DNA from: Ruditapes philippinarum
Taxonomy: Eukaryota
Length of the DNA stretch: 58,385 bases
Assembly (NCBI RefSeq): GCF_026571515.1
Contig: NW_026859660.1
Location: forward strand, 1-58,385
Direction: 5' to 3'
Positions 54,201 to 58,385 of this stretch are shown here, piece by piece. Made by a program: the position numbers and the translations under genes. How positions within the stretch are numbered: the first letter of the stretch is position 1; the number at the start of each line of letters is the position of its first letter. Under the pieces are notes generated by a model. The model was not told where the DNA came from and searched no databases. It saw nothing but the letters and a program-made list of their open reading frames with translations.

Positions 54201-56440
54201 TTGGCGCCTACTTTGAAAAAGAATCAAGCTTTAAACTGGAAAATAATAAGATTTGTAAAACTATCGTGAATAAATGGTAACACGTGTAAGAACTGATTTG
54301 TGAAGTTTTGTCAAATATTCGTGAAGCGTAGGTACTAAATTGTAAAATAATCTGGTAATCTAATATTTATAAAATTCATTTTTGAGTATGTTAATATTAT
54401 GTATTTGGTATCTTGAAAAAGCTCTCATTATGGCATTTTATATCGTCAAACGAATTTCTCCAGAAGTTATAGAAACTATTCAAGACTTTTGTGCATGATT
54501 TAAAACCTTCAAATATCATTTTTATTTTATTTAGTAAAATATCAATGTTGTTTTTGACTGAGTATAACTTCCAATAGATATGCATTTGAATTTGTTGCTA
54601 CATTTTTTTACGTTTGACAAAAAAGGTTGATTATAATAACTACTTTAGACTGATCCTGAATTCTTTGAAATTTGGTAACGCGGTGATTTCTCGGAAGAAT
54701 TGAAATAACAATATTATATGAAAGTTGCGCACAATTGCAGATAAGTGAATTACAAATTATATTGTAACTTCATTATGTTTAAAAAAATGCATTTGCAAAC
54801 AGATAAAGGGATTGATTTACGTATGCCAATCATATAAAGTAATTCACATAAATTAATGAGCAAGCATTTTTATAGATTTTCTCAATAAAAATACCATTCT
54901 GTAATAAATGCCAACCGACAGTCTTGTCATACTTTCCATTAATATTTTTAAATAAATACGTATAGGCATAAAGTTTTTAAATATGGCTCCAATATGAAGC
55001 ATTAATGAATCATTAATTGTCTAATTCATTTATATTTACAATTATAAAGAACATTTTCCTAGGTCTCGTTTAAAAAAAAAATCAAGTTTATCCTAATATC
55101 AAATAATGATCACATCTAAGGTTATAAATGTATCAATTGTTGCATAAAGCTAAAATGTTTTTATTTAGATCATAGATAAGAAGTGAAATACTGTATATAA
55201 AATTATAAACAAATGTAAATTCGGATAATAGCTTAACACATGTTTTCATGTTATATGGAAGTAATTATATTATTGAACATGTCATCCATGTGGCAATATG
55301 TGTTCTTTATGGCATTTTGCTTCAATACGTTTTCCGCTTAAAGCATAAACGAATATTTCAACAAATAATTTTATCTATATAATATAGCTTTGAAACCTTG
55401 TCTGGTTTTCAAATTATAGGAAAATGAGATAAGGAACAAGACTTAGTATGTTACTAAAATTCCGTAAATAATTCACCATCCAATAGAATATCCTATAAGG
55501 TTATAAATCAAATTACCTTTATTATGCAATTTTGAATATAATTGCATTTTCAAGCCCACATACATGTATTATATTGTGAAATCACACATGTTGAAATTTA
55601 ACATAAAATTCATACTGAGTGCCAGCTGCTAATTCGATTACTCTTGTAGTACTTCGTATTTTGATTAATTCTAACTTGTTGATGTGGTTTTGGTTTGATA
55701 CAAAAACGCCTTAAATTAAATAATGCTGACCTATTATGATTTATTTAAAACTCATTTGAACAATGACAGTATCCTTTAAGATACAATGTATGAACAATGT
55801 TGGAAAAAACTACTCATTTATGGTTAGAAATTTCTGTTCGATTTCAGTGTTATCATATGTGCTCCTCAGTCTTATTTGGCAGAGATATAGTAATTAGTGA
55901 TAGGGATAAAACCTTACATTCATTTATCTCTAAAATTGTATTTATCTTAAACACGCATAACATTTTTTCCGGTTAAATGCCTATTGCTTAGCGATTGTTA
56001 AACATTCCCATAAGTAGTCACTGAAGATTGAACAACAAGTAATTAAACATATAAATAAAGTTGGTAATTATAAGTCTTTTAAAATGCTTGCCATACACAA
56101 TAAAAACTCTTGCATGAATCTTTACTAAAATGATCACGATGGATATGGCCCGCAATGTTTCAGGCTTCAGGAATAATTTCTATTTTGCAACATTAATTAG
56201 AAACATCATTACAATCGTTTACAAGCAGCAAGACTTCTCTTGTTTTTTTGTAAAACTGTGTTCGAAATATGCAAATTTATGGTAAAATCGAGAGGTTAGA
56301 CGTCGTCTAATGAAGATGAGATGAACAGGGGTATTGGAATGTTGGAGGCTGGCCGTTCACAAAGGCACTATTGTAATTCAGGCCAGGCGCCAACGGTTTT
56401 CGATCTTACGTAACGACTTCCAGAATGCAAGTTGTGTGTG

Positions 56441-57085
56441 TGTTGTAATCATGTATAAAGGCTTTATTTTACATGTGTTTAGTATCTATTTCCTAAATAG
56501 CTCAGTACATAAGGCGCACGACTGATAATCTCGATGTTGTGGGTTCGATACCTACTCTGGCCACTATCATTTTTAATAATTTTATTTTGTTAATATAATT
56601 TTATATAATTCATGTTCATTCATCTTCTTTCAAGAAAGTTCTGTTCATGTTCATTCTGGAATATTCTTTCTGTAAGTAGTTTAGTATTCTAGATATTTCA
56701 TTGATAGTATATATACGATGAATGTTTGTACTTCGAGGTGTGTGGTGTGCTAATTTTCTGGTATTGTGTGATATTATTATTATACTGATTGTGTTCTCTT
56801 GTACTGCTAACACTATATAAGTTTGGATTCTGTAATTCTGTGTGGGAAGTATTTTGTATATTATGCTGTGGACATTGGACATTGATTAAATCTGAGTTGT
56901 GGACAATTGAATTTCGAACTGTGAGTTAAACTTTATGACATTTATTTAATTCGGGTTCTTGGATAATAGTGAGTTAAACTTTATTTTCATTATTCTTTAT
57001 AAAATTGTAAATAACTGTTTATCTTAAATTAAAATTGTAAATGTTTTTGCTGCGTTATCTTCTCTGTTGTGTGTAGCTTATAACA
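56441..57085 (+). mobile_element. Solo-LTR-like insertion inside the Tc1 remnant
   Basis: Termini TGTTGTAA...TTATAACA with GTGTG on both flanks; the transposase sequence resumes (VSTQTV) directly after it. Confidence 0.75.
56491..56563 (+). pseudogene. tRNA-like sequence (A and B boxes) within the LTR-like insertion
   Basis: TAGCTCAGT..GCGCACGACTGATAAT..GTGGGTTCGATACCTAC..GGCCA; the acceptor stem does not pair. Confidence 0.65.
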
Positions 57086-58084
57086 GTGTGTAAGCACACA
57101 AACTGTTTGAATGCTGGATTGAGGTCACAGAGGCCAGCAATTCGCATTCCTTTGACACAAAGCCATATTAAAGAATGTTTGCAATGGGCGCAGACTCATG
57201 TCACATGAAAAGTTAATGATTGGACCCCGGTCCTCTTCACTGATGAGTCAAGGTTTTGTGTGGACTTCACAGATAGACAGGCTAAGGTTTGGAGAAGTCC
57301 AAATGAAAGCTTAGCTTTAGCATGCGTTGCAGAACACGACCGTTATGGCGGGGGTTCAGTCATGGTGTGGGTGGGAATAAGCGTTCAGTGAAAAACGGAC
57401 CTACACATCATTAAAAACGGTACGTTGGCGTTGTCGGCGCTGATTTCATTTGTATGGATGACAACGCCCGTGCATACAGAGCCCACATCACCAACCGATA
57501 TCTTGAGGAGGCAACTATAGTCCGCATTCATCTTTACAATTATAGAGGGCGTTGTATTGTTACCACCATAAAGTATAATTCCGGTATCAAATTAATACCA
57601 CAGTTTATGACATAAACGAACACATCTTATAAGTTAACATAAAAGTATCATTTCATTTGCATAGAGATAAAACGTTGATTCAAATCAAAGCTGAAAAGAA
57701 AAACACCCTTTGGAAAAAAGTAAATGTTGAGAAAGCATAGCATTTATAATCGTGACATAGAACTTTAAACTTGCTAATAAATATTTTATACCTAGCTGAA
57801 GCATAATATGTCGCAAGTGTAGAAATTTACCAATATATCGCTTTACTGTTATTTACCAATACTCTTGGTTAAAGCATAGAGAAAAATCAAAGCACAGAAG
57901 GCGCTGAATTTGTTTGGGTGTCAGAATGTCAGAAAGGTGAAGGTTGTGAAATTATAAACTAATTTGTTTTTGTATAGTGCCACCAATGCTTTTAATTGTA
58001 GTAAATTAGCTATAAGACTAATTGCAACACCTATATTTAATTCAATGTTTATTTGACTTAAACAATTTGAAAAAAAAAATAAGT

Positions 58085-58157
58085 TGCCTTTACTGGGATT
58101 TGAACTCCAGACCTCTCGCTTCCTAAGTGAGAGCGCAAACCCCTCGGCCACGGTGAA
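58085..58157 (-). pseudogene. tRNA-like sequence (A and B boxes) followed by oligo-T
   Basis: Minus strand GTGGCCGAGGGG..GCGCTCTCACTTAGGAAGCGAGAGGTCTGGAGTTCAAATCCCAG, then a long T run; imperfect acceptor stem. Confidence 0.7.
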
Positions 58158-58385
58158 GTTATATGTTAATCGTCTGAAGAAAACCATATTATTCTAAATT
58201 AGGGTTTGTAACGACGCTATCTGTTGTTGTAACAAATGTAAATATTATGGGGTTTACTTAAGCGTTTATTAAAAAAAATAAAACAATATTAGAAATCTTC
58301 GACATTAGGAAATATTTGCTTGAAAAATTAATGCGCCCTGTTCATTTGGCCATCTTTTTTCGCATGTGATCTCCCCTGAATTTTT

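Larger units (their letters stand above)
56295..57528 (+). pseudogene. Decayed Tc1-family transposase, interrupted and internally deleted
   Basis: N-terminal RRRL..EDEMNRGIGMLEAGRSQRH..IQARRQRF..LRNDFQNAS; after the insertion LNAGLRSQRPAIRIPLT..CLQWAQTH..WTPVLFTDESRFCV..DRYGGGSVMVWVGIS..FICMDDNARAYRAH. The first two catalytic aspartate motifs of DD34E are present, along with in-frame stops and deletions. Confidence 0.93.

Noticed and set aside
56491-56563. Functional tRNA genes (also 7745-7815, 33240-33313, 58085-58157)
   Set aside because: Acceptor and D stems are defective and all lie in SINE- or LTR-like contexts.
57236-57270. Hammerhead ribozyme at CTGATGAGTC
   Set aside because: It is the FTDESRF codon run of the Tc1 transposase; no GAAA or closing stems follow.
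1-58385. The roughly 70 short ORFs of the supplied track as genes
   Set aside because: They are 60-120 aa, rich in AT-codon residues, often fall in repeats and are not preserved between duplicated copies. Only the LINE ORF1 piece has a recognisable motif.

Overview
Very AT-rich (roughly 30% GC by eye), repeat-dense, apparently gene-poor eukaryotic DNA. The repeat families (tRNA-headed SINEs with (AAAC)n tails, (GGAC)n- and satellite-bearing HINE/MITE-like elements) point to a mollusc, probably a bivalve (inference). I found no intact protein-coding gene. The only recognisable protein remnants are a decayed Tc1-type transposase (56.3-57.5 kb), a LINE ORF1 fragment (43.8-44.3 kb) and possibly a Crypton-like trace (25.7-26.0 kb). 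About 1-31.8 kb is an old, shuffled tandem array of a 7-10 kb non-coding unit (about three copies plus fragments, one block inverted), and each copy carries its own transposon insertions. A second local duplication spans about 35.5-48.3 kb. The most striking signal is a ~105-nt multi-branch (cloverleaf-like) motif present four times (4.5, 23.1, 27.5, 49.1 kb). Its two best copies differ in three helices by many compensatory base-pair changes while the single-stranded linkers stay nearly invariant. This is the signature of a structured RNA or ssDNA under selection, and it fits no ncRNA or ribozyme family I can recognise. Coordinates were read by eye and repeat boundaries are approximate.
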